Shown here one piece after another: positions 28,151 to 37,187 of a stretch of DNA of 64,000 nucleotides (positions within the stretch are counted from its first letter, which is position 1; every line of letters begins with the position of its first letter). The position numbers were made by a program, and so were the translations under genes. Source of the DNA: a virus. Taxonomy: Duplodnaviria; Caudoviricetes. A model generated the notes under the pieces. That model was given only the letters and a program-made list of their open reading frames with translations, had not been told where the DNA came from and searched no databases. The stretch covers positions 96,001 through 160,000 of the IMG/VR virus record IMGVR_UViG_3300023283_000076. The stretch is one strand, 5' to 3'.

Positions 28151-28232
28151 TCGTGGGCGGTCACTTGTCAACTGCTGATTTATTTATCTTCTTGTTATAG
28201 AAGTTACTATATTACAAAACAGTTACAACAAA

Positions 28233-28320
28233 TGGTGCGGATGGTGGGATTCGAACCCACAAGACCCAATCGGGCCATATGTCCCTCAAACATACGTGTC
28301 TGCCATTCCACCACATCCGC
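28233..28320 (-). tRNA. tRNA-Leu(GAG)
   Basis: Cloverleaf with long variable arm; loop TT-GAG-GG; CCA encoded. Confidence 0.95.
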
Positions 28321-28381
28321 TTGACTTTCCCCTTCATTAATGAAGGGGATTTCTAATTCATCGAAACTTACATTGTTTTTG
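28321..28381 (-). mobile_element. 61-bp IS200/IS605-type mini-element abutting the 5' end of tRNA-Leu
   Basis: TTTAT|CAAAAAACAA...AAATCCCCTTCA-TTAA-TGAAGGGGAAAGTCAA|G1 of the tRNA. Confidence 0.65.
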
Positions 28382-28396
28382 ATAAATGGGAGGGGA

Positions 28397-28468
28397 TGCC
28401 GTTGAAAGGATTCGAGCCTTTAACTTTTTCCTATCAAGGAACTGCTCTGCCAATTGAGCTACAACGGC
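28397..28468 (-). pseudogene. Degenerate tRNA-Ile(GAT)
   Basis: 6-nt anticodon loop TTGATA, C54, no encoded CCA. Confidence 0.7.
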
Positions 28469-28483
28469 AATTTATATTATTTA

Positions 28484-29050
28484 TTATCCACCCCAATTGC
28501 GCAGACGATAATCTTCATACTCTGGTTCAAGTCTATGTACCACTACACTATACATGTAAACTTCTGGATTGTCATTCCACTTTTGACCTTCTTCATGATC
28601 TAAATCCCATTCATACGCAAATCTCCATATTTCAAGAGGTTTCTTTTTAAAGTCGTCCGGCATTTCATTATCAATTTTTTGTGGAATAGATTCATTAAAT
28701 ATTCCAGTGTTAATGGCTTCCTTCTTGCCAATATTCTTCAATTTTTTGGTATCTATTGCTACACATTCTAAAGCATATCGGGCATAAGACTTTTTCATTT
28801 TAGATGATTCAATCCATTTTGGGTCTTCTTTTTTATAGAAGTCTGTATAATATTGTATTGTTTTTGTTTTGTTATTCTGAACTATTCTATATTTTTCCGG
28901 AACCCAATAATATGCATCTTTTTCCAAAGAGGGTTTCTTTTTCTTTCCCACCGGTTCTAATATAATTCTAGGTGTATTTCCAAACCTATATCGAATAAAT
29001 TTGAAGAACCTATATGGAATTTCTATAGGAAATTTTTTATTGGGGTCCAT
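28484..29050 (-). CDS. ASCH-like phage protein (tentative)
   Basis: WIESSKM...LKNI..KEAI..GI...FAYEWD...KWNDNPEVY resembles the W.PSIHMPR...W..NPWVW family. Confidence 0.55.
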   Translation of the reverse strand: MDPNKKFPIEIPYRFFKFIRYRFGNTPRIILEPVGKKKKPSLEKDAYYWVPEKYRIVQNNKTKTIQYYTDFYKKEDPKWIESSKMKKSYARYALECVAIDTKKLKNIGKKEAINTGIFNESIPQKIDNEMPDDFKKKPLEIWRFAYEWDLDHEEGQKWNDNPEVYMYSVVVHRLEPEYEDYRLRNWGG

Positions 29051-29261
29051 TAATATGCCTGTATTCTACCTTTTGGATTCTATGAGGTGGATACCACATA
29101 CCAACAGTAGTTTCTACCTTTTCAAAAACTCCTATATTTTTGATTTCATTTAATCTAGTTTCTAAAGTCAATCTACCTTGAATAATTTGCTCTTCGATTA
29201 TGGGTGCAGGTTTCCCTGTTATAAAAATTTTGAATCTTAAATATTCTCTGGTATCTTCCAT
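29037..29261 (-). CDS. Hypothetical protein
   Basis: ORF coupled to downstream gene. Confidence 0.6.
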   Translation of the reverse strand: MEDTREYLRFKIFITGKPAPIIEEQIIQGRLTLETRLNEIKNIGVFEKVETTVGMWYPPHRIQKVEYRHINGPQ

Positions 29262-29280
29262 AATATATCCTTTTTTAAAT

Positions 29281-29373
29281 TGGCGGAGGGGGAGGGATTT
29301 GAACCCTCGTGGCGTTTCGCACGCCGCACTCCTTAGCAGGGAGGCTCAATTAACCAGACTCTGACACCCCTCC
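29281..29373 (-). tRNA. tRNA-Ser(GCT)
   Basis: Long variable arm; loop CT-GCT-AA; CCA. Confidence 0.93.
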
Positions 29374-29412
29374 GATTATCTAATGATACATTATTATCGC
29401 ATAGATGTCAAA

Positions 29413-29910
29413 TTATTTATATTTTTTAAGCTTATTTTTATGCTTAATAACAAATCTACGGGCATGTGGTGCATTACTTTGTAATATTTTTATAATTTGA
29501 TTTTTTTCTTGTTTATTTTCGAGTATTTTAAAAGTAGAATCTACTTCTGCAACTCTTATTTCTTTAATGTTTTCATTATATAACAAAGATCTTGTTTGAG
29601 ATTTTAATTCACAGTCCCACATTTTTAGTGTATTTTTAATACATTTAGTGTTTGATAACATCGAACCTATTATCGGTATCAATAAACAATGCTTAACTTT
29701 CCATTTTATTTTAAATATCTCGGCGGCGATTATGGCTGCAGGGTACTTATTATTTGGATGTACTGTGATTTTAAATAAATTACCATGATATTTTTGCTTA
29801 ATATCTTTTATTTCTATCTTCAACGGACAAAAGTTATATATTAATAAATATATAATAATTACAATACCTATTCCTATTGTTGTACTAGTTACAATTAGCA
29901 TGTATTTCAT
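29413..29910 (-). CDS. Hypothetical membrane-anchored protein
   Basis: N-terminal hydrophobic segment. Confidence 0.55.
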   Translation of the reverse strand: MKYMLIVTSTTIGIGIVIIIYLLIYNFCPLKIEIKDIKQKYHGNLFKITVHPNNKYPAAIIAAEIFKIKWKVKHCLLIPIIGSMLSNTKCIKNTLKMWDCELKSQTRSLLYNENIKEIRVAEVDSTFKILENKQEKNQIIKILQSNAPHARRFVIKHKNKLKKYK

Positions 29911-29978
29911 ATCCCCTTTTTTTATCTAAATATCTTACAGTTATTAATTAATAAGGATTTAATTCATTACATTTTAAA

Positions 29979-30296
29979 ATGATTACTAAAAAAGAATTTA
30001 AACAACTATTAAATAATTTAAAAGCATCTGCTAAAAAACGTAACATCCCCTTTGAATTAACAACGGAAGACATAGATTATATAGGAATACCATTAACATG
30101 TCCAGTATTAAACATACCTATATATTTTAACAAGGGTCAACCGAAAGATAATTCGATATCATTTGACAGAATAGATTCAAGTAAAGGATATACTCGGGAT
30201 AATGTGGTAATAGTATCACACAGAGTTAATAAACTTAAATCCAATGCGGCATTCGAAGAAATGCAGAAAATATTTGAATTTTATAAAGATCTATAA
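29979..30296 (+). CDS. HNH-like endonuclease family protein
   Basis: CPVL...SFDRIDSSKGYTRDNVVIVS..VNKLK. Confidence 0.75.
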   Translation: MITKKEFKQLLNNLKASAKKRNIPFELTTEDIDYIGIPLTCPVLNIPIYFNKGQPKDNSISFDRIDSSKGYTRDNVVIVSHRVNKLKSNAAFEEMQKIFEFYKDL

Positions 30297-30343
30297 AAAA
30301 GCCCCCATCCGGGGGCTCTCGGTCGGTATAACAGAGCTAAAAA

Positions 30344-30685
30344 CTAACTAGCTCCGCATGTCCCCTCACCACATGCTCCTTCTTCATCTTCTGATTCTTC
30401 ACCACAAGATCCCTCACCGCATGATCCTTCTTCATCTGCAGATTCTTCACCACATGCCCCTTCACCACATGCCCCTTCAGAATCTTCACTATCGCCTTCT
30501 TCACCACAGGAGCCTTCACCACAAGAACCTTCCTTGTCATCTTCTGTAGCATTTAGTGGCATGCCAGTAGTCTCCGCCATGAATGGATTAACGCCATTTT
30601 CTAAACCTAGTTCCGAGGCCGATGCTACTCCTGCCATAGTGGTTAGTCCTGCTAGTGTTGCAATTGTTAATTTATTAGACTTCAT
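30344..30685 (-). CDS. HvfA-like secreted EGxCG-repeat protein (putative MNIO/DUF692 RiPP precursor)
   Basis: Signal peptide, NPF motif, eight EG[S/A/T]CG motifs in four tandem pairs; own terminator at 30297-30318. Confidence 0.8.
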   Translation of the reverse strand: MKSNKLTIATLAGLTTMAGVASASELGLENGVNPFMAETTGMPLNATEDDKEGSCGEGSCGEEGDSEDSEGACGEGACGEESADEEGSCGEGSCGEESEDEEGACGEGTCGAS

Positions 30686-30788
30686 ATTATACTTCTCCTT
30701 TTTTGTGTTTTTAACTTATCGTTCTATTAGAATGTTCATATTACTATAAAGTTCAATTAATTACCATACGTAATTATACATATGATGA

Positions 30789-31229
30789 TTAGTGAGCTAA
30801 CTTATATGGCTTTATTATATTATACAATTCCACATCCTTTTCGGTTAAATGTGGGTATGTATACATATTCAAATCCATATTATTATTATATATGGACTCA
30901 GGTAGCACAATCCCAACGGAGGTTAATGCACCATTTAATGCGCCCTTTTCCTCTGTAAAATATGCAACAGGATAATCCGTGCCTTTATTTGTATTGATAT
31001 TCAACATATTGATCAAATCTTGTAAGTTTTTCTGCGGGCCTCCGTTTAAAAGGATCATAGTTTTATCTTCTTCCATCCATCGATTAAATATTTTACTAGC
31101 CACATTACTCGTAACCTGATTATATTTGGTCGCCATCACTTGAATAACATGGGCTGCTTGTATTCCATGTTGTATGGAAGAAAGATACATGTTTCCGAAA
31201 AAATATCCTATGCAATTTTCATTATTCAT
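30789..31229 (-). CDS. Peptidyl-tRNA hydrolase 2-like protein
   Basis: NMYLSSIQHGIQAAHV...W....KTMILLNGG...F.EE..ALNGALTSVGIVL. Confidence 0.75.
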   Translation of the reverse strand: MNNENCIGYFFGNMYLSSIQHGIQAAHVIQVMATKYNQVTSNVASKIFNRWMEEDKTMILLNGGPQKNLQDLINMLNINTNKGTDYPVAYFTEEKGALNGALTSVGIVLPESIYNNNMDLNMYTYPHLTEKDVELYNIIKPYKLAH

Positions 31230-31509
31230 ATTCTAAACCTTTTATTTTAATTTCTCTATCAAGCGGTATGGTTTGACAATTAAATTCTTTTAAGACTGCA
31301 CCTTCAGCGAAAGCTATAGCCCAACAATCTTCTACCGTAAGAACAGGTGAGTTTTTGCAATAGGAATATGCGACTCTTTTATCCAGTGTAGCTCTTATTA
31401 ATGCTTGAATGATTGCTTGTTCCGGTGTTTTCTTTGATGGATCTATAAACGTTTGATATATAAGATAAATATAACCAGATTCTTCAGTATTTAAATTTTC
31501 TTTGGTCAT
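31222..31509 (-). CDS. Hypothetical protein
   Basis: ORF in operon. Confidence 0.55.
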   Translation of the reverse strand: MTKENLNTEESGYIYLIYQTFIDPSKKTPEQAIIQALIRATLDKRVAYSYCKNSPVLTVEDCWAIAFAEGAVLKEFNCQTIPLDREIKIKGLEYE

Positions 31510-31780
31510 TTTTTCTTACCCAATTTACGAATACCATTAGCTTATCATGAGATCTTAATTTTGTCAAGTTATTATATTCTTTAGCTAAATCCTTGTTCGA
31601 TATAAATTTATGGATAGCCCCGTGACAATCATGGCAAATAAAAATTTTGTTATTCTTCATTTCTTCAAGAGTAAATGTTTTTTTACACCATTTTTTGTTG
31701 TGCATTTCCTTTGGTATAAGATGGTGTTCCGTAAGTTCTAAATTACGTTCACATAATTCACATTTTTCCATTGATGGCAA
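31484..31780 (-). CDS. Small HNH protein
   Basis: CELC...TEHHLIPK...ICHDCH.AIH. Confidence 0.8.
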   Translation of the reverse strand: MPSMEKCELCERNLELTEHHLIPKEMHNKKWCKKTFTLEEMKNNKIFICHDCHGAIHKFISNKDLAKEYNNLTKLRSHDKLMVFVNWVRKNDQRKFKY

Positions 31781-31946
31781 CTATCCTTTCCTTTAAAATT
31801 AGTAACTATTGGACCGTGGTAGTCGGTCGATACACTATCCATGGGAAGAATTCATGGGCAGGCTGCATTAAACTATTAAAACTCGTTATCATACAATTTC
31901 TTCAACTTTGTGAAAAGCGGGGGAGGCAGGCCCCCGCTCAGTATTT

Positions 31947-34019
31947 TTATACAATATATTCACTACTAATTTCCGTTATATTCATCGGTGTAATATCACC
32001 TTCGAACAATCCAAATATAGTATCTGCCTTTTCTGGATGGACTAAAGTTCCATTACGAGCCTTAACATGCATCATGAAAAGATCATATAAGCTTACTTTA
32101 TTATTGATAGAAAGCATTGCTTCAACCACATCACGTATTGATGCTGCGTTGCTATTAACATTGTTAGGTAGCTCGCCAAATGCATCTGCATGTGACATGT
32201 CTGTCCATATAATTTCTCTTGTTTTAATATCAAAAATTACCGGCATGGCGCTTGTACTATCAAAATTTAAATCAAGCTTGCATTCGACAGTTTTAGGATC
32301 GTAAACTTCATTACTGTCAGGTTTTGATCTGCTCATCCAACCAATGAAGCAAGTATCGTGTTCTGCAAAAGTATACCCGGAGAATACCATCACATTCATT
32401 GCAACATATCTTATACCAGAGCTACGAGCATTTTCGATATCGATATCAACAAATTCACTAGCACCATGTGGCGCTCTGGTTATATCACCTGAATGATACA
32501 GTCCAGACCTCGGCGATCTAATATTACCATACCAAATCTTGTCAACAACTTTAAAGTTTTTATCAAACAATGTTGCGCTCAAGTCAATATCTAGCCCTAC
32601 CCAATACAAAAACAGGCGTATAGTGTTTGTTTCTTCATCCCCAAAAGGAAAACGAGTTCCTCTCGCTGCCGAATGTGTACCATCACTAGCGCTTCTTTGC
32701 TGAGAAGGGATGGGGCATCTTTCTAATGCTGGATCAACATATACATTACCCAAGTTTTCCAGACTAGAAAATCTGTTGATTAGTGTCTTGGATATTCCAG
32801 TTACAAGAGTATTAACTACTTTTTCGGGGAGAGCATCCTGTCCACTAATTAATTCAGCCCTTTGAATGTTCCCTTTAGGAAACACTACTCTCTTCGTGGT
32901 ACTTTTGCTTCTAGTTGCAAAATGACCTTTCAACTGTAGAAGAACTTTGGTTGAAACACTATCAGCCACAGATATAAATTTGTTTGCAACAATTATCTGA
33001 TTCCTTTCGGCACCAGCCATCCTCAATAGATGATCCAATCTACGCGCAAAGTCGCCGGGACGGGTTACTAATAGCTTAGTAGCCTTAACCGGATGACCAG
33101 ACGCCAATTGCCGCTCAACTTTAGTGCTAAAAGTTTCCACACTTTCGTTTTCACGTAATGGTTTGATGGCATCATATACTTTCTTGGAGTAGTCTCCAAC
33201 ATGCAAAGAGTGCGCCAACTTAATCCACTTTCCACTATGTCTTACAAGATCTTCTCTATTGATGACAGATTCTAATCCTTTAACAAGGATTCGCCTTTCT
33301 GGTCTTTTGAAATTCTTGAATTTAGTGTTGTCTGCTAATGAAACATCACCACCGGACATATGTGTGGCAATACGCAACACATCGTTGGGGTTCTTAACCA
33401 GTTCATTGATTGGAATTCCATTTTCTACCATGTATGCACCAATAATACACAGATTTTCCTTGAACGGAATTGTTTCCGGAAATACGAGATTTCCGTAATG
33501 TTGCAAGAACCATTCAATGATTTCCTTATCTGTACTAGATACAGAATCGTTTGATGCCAATATCTTTGTAAATATTGATGCAAACTCGTCTTCTGTCGCA
33601 AGTCCCAGAGTTCTAAACTTCACATTTTCAAATGCGAATTCTCTAGGAAGTTTTTCATAATCAGGCTTCCAGTAACCGTAACTCCAATAATGCATGATAG
33701 CGTTCAAAAACAATTCCAAATCACTGGCTTCGATAACCTGACGAGGGAAATTCGGATACATTGGTTTATGAACTACATTATCGCCTTTCAACTCTTTCAA
33801 TGTTTTAACTAATACTGCTGAAAGGTCTCCTAGCATATGATCTGGAAGCTCTGAGATCACTTTTAAGAGATCTTCATCCATCATATAACCTAGGCCCATG
33901 ATATTGGCTTGAAGGGTCATGGCCTTTGCTGTAATCTGTCCCGTTGGACTCTCACTGCGCAGGTGCGCAGGTATAACTACTTTTTCTAGCTTTTTGATAG
34001 CTATTTCTGTCTTATTCAT
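31947..34019 (-). CDS. ROT/TROVE-like helical-repeat protein with C-terminal TerD domain (690 aa)
   Basis: PMYPNFPRQV, RPGDFARRLDHLLR; TerD-like DIDLSA...HSGDIT.AP.GASEFVDID; start reassigned to MNKTE after an AGGAG RBS. Confidence 0.75.
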   Translation of the reverse strand: MNKTEIAIKKLEKVVIPAHLRSESPTGQITAKAMTLQANIMGLGYMMDEDLLKVISELPDHMLGDLSAVLVKTLKELKGDNVVHKPMYPNFPRQVIEASDLELFLNAIMHYWSYGYWKPDYEKLPREFAFENVKFRTLGLATEDEFASIFTKILASNDSVSSTDKEIIEWFLQHYGNLVFPETIPFKENLCIIGAYMVENGIPINELVKNPNDVLRIATHMSGGDVSLADNTKFKNFKRPERRILVKGLESVINREDLVRHSGKWIKLAHSLHVGDYSKKVYDAIKPLRENESVETFSTKVERQLASGHPVKATKLLVTRPGDFARRLDHLLRMAGAERNQIIVANKFISVADSVSTKVLLQLKGHFATRSKSTTKRVVFPKGNIQRAELISGQDALPEKVVNTLVTGISKTLINRFSSLENLGNVYVDPALERCPIPSQQRSASDGTHSAARGTRFPFGDEETNTIRLFLYWVGLDIDLSATLFDKNFKVVDKIWYGNIRSPRSGLYHSGDITRAPHGASEFVDIDIENARSSGIRYVAMNVMVFSGYTFAEHDTCFIGWMSRSKPDSNEVYDPKTVECKLDLNFDSTSAMPVIFDIKTREIIWTDMSHADAFGELPNNVNSNAASIRDVVEAMLSINNKVSLYDLFMMHVKARNGTLVHPEKADTIFGLFEGDITPMNITEISSEYIV

Positions 34020-34104
34020 CTTCGTTCTCCTGAAGTAAAGTGGAAGAACCATTTTCTTCCGTAGCCTCAAAGCACCGGCCCATCCGGTCTTTTAGAGTAA
34101 AATT

Positions 34105-34172
34105 GTCGGTAAGTTAAAGAGCTACGTTTTTTCCGAGAGTAAAAATTAGAAGGATGCTCTTTTATAGCCGAC
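34105..34172 (-). ncRNA. Conserved RNA stem element, copy A (leader of the TROVE/TerD gene)
   Basis: GTCGG-CTATA-AAAGAGC-ATCCTTCT...GCTCTTT-AACTTA-CCGAC; homologous to copies B and C. Confidence 0.7.
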
Positions 34173-34181
34173 TAGATGCGT

Positions 34182-34210
34182 ATACTAACACCATTGGTGA
34201 CTGATGTCAA
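34182..34210 (-). promoter_or_regulatory. Sigma70 promoter starting just before element A
   Basis: TTGACA-N17-TAGTAT with TG extension. Confidence 0.75.
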
Positions 34211-34216
34211 CTCTTT

Positions 34217-34534
34217 TTAGAGTTTTTGTTCCATAATAATTTTATCATTATATAAATCATACCATATGTTGTTTTTTAATACTAGGCATATTTCTTCAGG
34301 ATGATATATAAATGTGGATTTCCATACATCATCCTTTTCTGTAAATTTATTAATTTCTTTAGCACATTGCGAGTTTTCTACTAATATTCTATCTTCATTA
34401 TTTTTCGTAATAGTATTCTTAACGGGTATGTTTTTATTATCAGTATTATTGTTGCTGCCCGCACTCTCGGCTATTAGATATAAGAAAATTATGAAAGTTA
34501 TTATTGTTATTATTAAACCGTCTTTTATATTCAT
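34217..34534 (-). CDS. Hypothetical membrane/secreted protein
   Basis: N-terminal hydrophobic helix. Confidence 0.6.
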   Translation of the reverse strand: MNIKDGLIITIITFIIFLYLIAESAGSNNNTDNKNIPVKNTITKNNEDRILVENSQCAKEINKFTEKDDVWKSTFIYHPEEICLVLKNNIWYDLYNDKIIMEQKL

Positions 34535-34571
34535 AGTATTTGTTTTATTATTATTTTATAGTATATTTATT

Positions 34572-35309
34572 TTATGTCCATAATGCATGTCTTACTTTTA
34601 CTAATCTTACTAACATTCTATCATCTTCTTCTTCCCATTGTGTTTCTAATCTAGTCATTTCATCACAATATTTTTCGAATTCTACATACTCTTGTGTGTT
34701 TTTCCATTCTTCTGAAAACATAGAAAAAAATGATTCCCGTTCTGGCATTTCAGGACACTCTGGTTCTATTCTATTAGGGCGTATTTTGGTATACCATAGA
34801 TACAGTTTTAATATTTCTTCTGCATCTTTAGATTGTACTGGGCTTTCATCACCTAAGCTAATTTCCCAGCGAAGGTGCTCCAACCCAAATTCCTTATGCC
34901 TATTTTTATTAAAACGTAAAAAACGTGGTAGGAATCTTTTCCATTTTAAAAATTCTTTCTTTTTTTCTTTTGTGTCAAATACGCAATTCATATGTGCGCA
35001 TTCTTTCTCTACATAATCTACTAATAATGAAAAACATCCATGAAACATTAATTCTGGGGCATCATGATACCTGCGGGGTAAACCTGTTTTAATTATATTA
35101 GGTGCAGAAAAAAAATATTTTATTGAATTTAAAACATCATTCTTGAACCATTTAATACGATTTATGGCGGCAATATGGGGGCCGTTTTCTACTAAAAAGT
35201 ATCTTATGGGGGCATTTTCTTTGAATTCTTTACGAAACTTACCCCATCCCTCCATGGTTTCCGCTTCTGGAGGATAATAATTCATCCATCTATTAATTTT
35301 TTTAAGCAT
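34572..35309 (-). CDS. Conserved phage hypothetical protein
   Basis: 245-aa ORF; DDRMLVRLVKVRHALWT C-terminus. Confidence 0.75.
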   Translation of the reverse strand: MLKKINRWMNYYPPEAETMEGWGKFRKEFKENAPIRYFLVENGPHIAAINRIKWFKNDVLNSIKYFFSAPNIIKTGLPRRYHDAPELMFHGCFSLLVDYVEKECAHMNCVFDTKEKKKEFLKWKRFLPRFLRFNKNRHKEFGLEHLRWEISLGDESPVQSKDAEEILKLYLWYTKIRPNRIEPECPEMPERESFFSMFSEEWKNTQEYVEFEKYCDEMTRLETQWEEEDDRMLVRLVKVRHALWT

Positions 35310-35379
35310 ATTATTTATCTCGTGTGTTTTTTGGGATTATAACACAAAAAAAAGACACCGTCAAGGGTGCCTTTTTTAT

Positions 35380-35456
35380 TGGTCGGACTGACAGGATTTG
35401 AACCTGCGACCACACGGCCCCCGACCGTGGGCTCTACCAAACTGAGCTACAGTCCG
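35380..35456 (-). tRNA. tRNA-Pro(GGG), atypical C33
   Basis: C1:G72; loop TC-GGG-GG; CCA. Confidence 0.9.
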
Positions 35457-36203
35457 TTAACGATGTTCTGGGTTTTCAGCTTTTTTATTTCTTCCCTCAA
35501 ACTCTTCTAAATTATTTCCTTTGTTGGGTATTCCACCGTTTTCTTTTAACATTCTGGCAAAGTGTATAAGATTCCATGCCATAAATTGAGAAGTCTTTTT
35601 AGTGTATTCATTATCCAATCCTGCACCGTCATCTCCGTATGATTTTCCGGGTCCAATTTCTCCTATCCATCCAGTGTCTACTTGTGGTGGAATTGTATAT
35701 CCAATATGACCTAAAGAATATAGTATACTTTTGGCACAGTTTTTAACTCCATCTTCGTTCCCTGTTATAACACATCCAGCAACTTTGCCATAATAAATGT
35801 ATTGACCCTTATCGTTAGTTTGACCACTCATAGAATACAATCTTTCCATGACTCTCCCCCATATAGAGCTAGGCTCTCCTAACCAAATAGGTGAACCTAT
35901 AACTAATATATCTGCTTTATTCACTTTTCCCTCAAAGAATTTGGGCCAATCATCTTTCTTAGCTCCATGTTTTGTCATATCTGGGAAGGTTCCCGGAGCG
36001 AAATCATACTCTACGGCTCTAACTTTTTCAACTTCGATACCCTCGGATTTATATATTTTTTCTTGTTCGTTGAAAAGTCTTTCAGTATGTGATCTTTTAT
36101 TATCCGATTTTAATGAACAGTTTATGAATAATACGTTCATCTTTTCTTTTGATTTGGCTTCAGTTAAATTCTTTATGCCTGTTACTTTAGATAGATCCAT
36201 CAC
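35457..36203 (-). CDS. Flavodoxin-like NAD(P)H-dependent FMN reductase
   Basis: LFINCSLK...SHT, ADILVIGSPIWLGE, GKVAGCVITGNEDG. Confidence 0.88.
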   Translation of the reverse strand: MMDLSKVTGIKNLTEAKSKEKMNVLFINCSLKSDNKRSHTERLFNEQEKIYKSEGIEVEKVRAVEYDFAPGTFPDMTKHGAKKDDWPKFFEGKVNKADILVIGSPIWLGEPSSIWGRVMERLYSMSGQTNDKGQYIYYGKVAGCVITGNEDGVKNCAKSILYSLGHIGYTIPPQVDTGWIGEIGPGKSYGDDGAGLDNEYTKKTSQFMAWNLIHFARMLKENGGIPNKGNNLEEFEGRNKKAENPEHR

Positions 36204-36231
36204 GGCGCATCCTTATTCTAATTTATTTATT

Positions 36232-36759
36232 TTAGCATGTTAAGTTTTTTACAATTTGATCAAGATATTCCCGGTTTTGCAGCTTTTTTTGTTGTTCCAT
36301 TTCATATTTAAATTTTAGTATATAATTATGGAAGTAAACGAGATGGGGTAAATATTTTTCATCATATATTTCTAGGTCATATGTAGGATAATTGCCGCCA
36401 TTATAATCCATATTTATTTTAAGTATTTCTATTTTATCCATAAAAATTTTAAAATTGTAATCATTTGGATACAATTCCACTTTATTAATAGTAAATAGGC
36501 TGAAACCAATGGACCAAACTTTTCTATGGTGGGCTAGCCTAAATTCATTAAAACCGTGTAAATATTCGAATAACGTAGAAATTAAAAATTTTGGATTTCT
36601 TCTATCAAAATAAGTCTGAACAAAAAAGGTAGCTAATGCTCCTTCCCTTCGTATTTTATCTAATTCTTCTTCTTTAAAACAAAAATCGTTAATCATGCGT
36701 GTTACGGTTGGGTCAGTTTTTGGTTCTTCTCTTTTCTTTTTTGTAAATATATTAAACAT
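36232..36759 (-). CDS. Hypothetical protein
   Basis: ORF. Confidence 0.6.
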   Translation of the reverse strand: MFNIFTKKKREEPKTDPTVTRMINDFCFKEEELDKIRREGALATFFVQTYFDRRNPKFLISTLFEYLHGFNEFRLAHHRKVWSIGFSLFTINKVELYPNDYNFKIFMDKIEILKINMDYNGGNYPTYDLEIYDEKYLPHLVYFHNYILKFKYEMEQQKKLQNREYLDQIVKNLTC

Positions 36760-36799
36760 AATTAATTTTCTACGCTTCTTTTGCTCTATCTAGTGCCTT

Positions 36800-37024
36800 T
36801 TAACATTTGTTACAGGTATAATCGATATCAGCTTTATTATCGCAAAAGTCACACAGTGTAATGTTATTGTTATTAGCTCTGTTGAGTCTATCTGCGGCTT
36901 TATATAGACTTTTAGTCGTTACCGCTGTAAAAGGAAATGGGGTGCGTCCCCATACTATATGGTTAACTACTTCATCTGAAGGAGTTTTTTTCATTGCTTT
37001 TCCTACTATTTCTTTAGCGTTCAT
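36800..37024 (-). CDS. Small Cys-containing hypothetical protein
   Basis: WGRTPFPF; CDFC...CNKC; GAGG RBS. Confidence 0.7.
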   Translation of the reverse strand: MNAKEIVGKAMKKTPSDEVVNHIVWGRTPFPFTAVTTKSLYKAADRLNRANNNNITLCDFCDNKADIDYTCNKC

Positions 37025-37187
37025 AATTTAAATACCTCTTTAATAAGTCTCCTGAAATCGTGTTACAAATGCAAGAGATTAATCTTGCTAACTCCACTGG
37101 TCGAAAGTGCTAAAACCCCAGTTTCATTGTCATTACATACCCTCGATTTCCCTGACGCACTTCATCTTCGGTTGGAGACTTGGGAAA

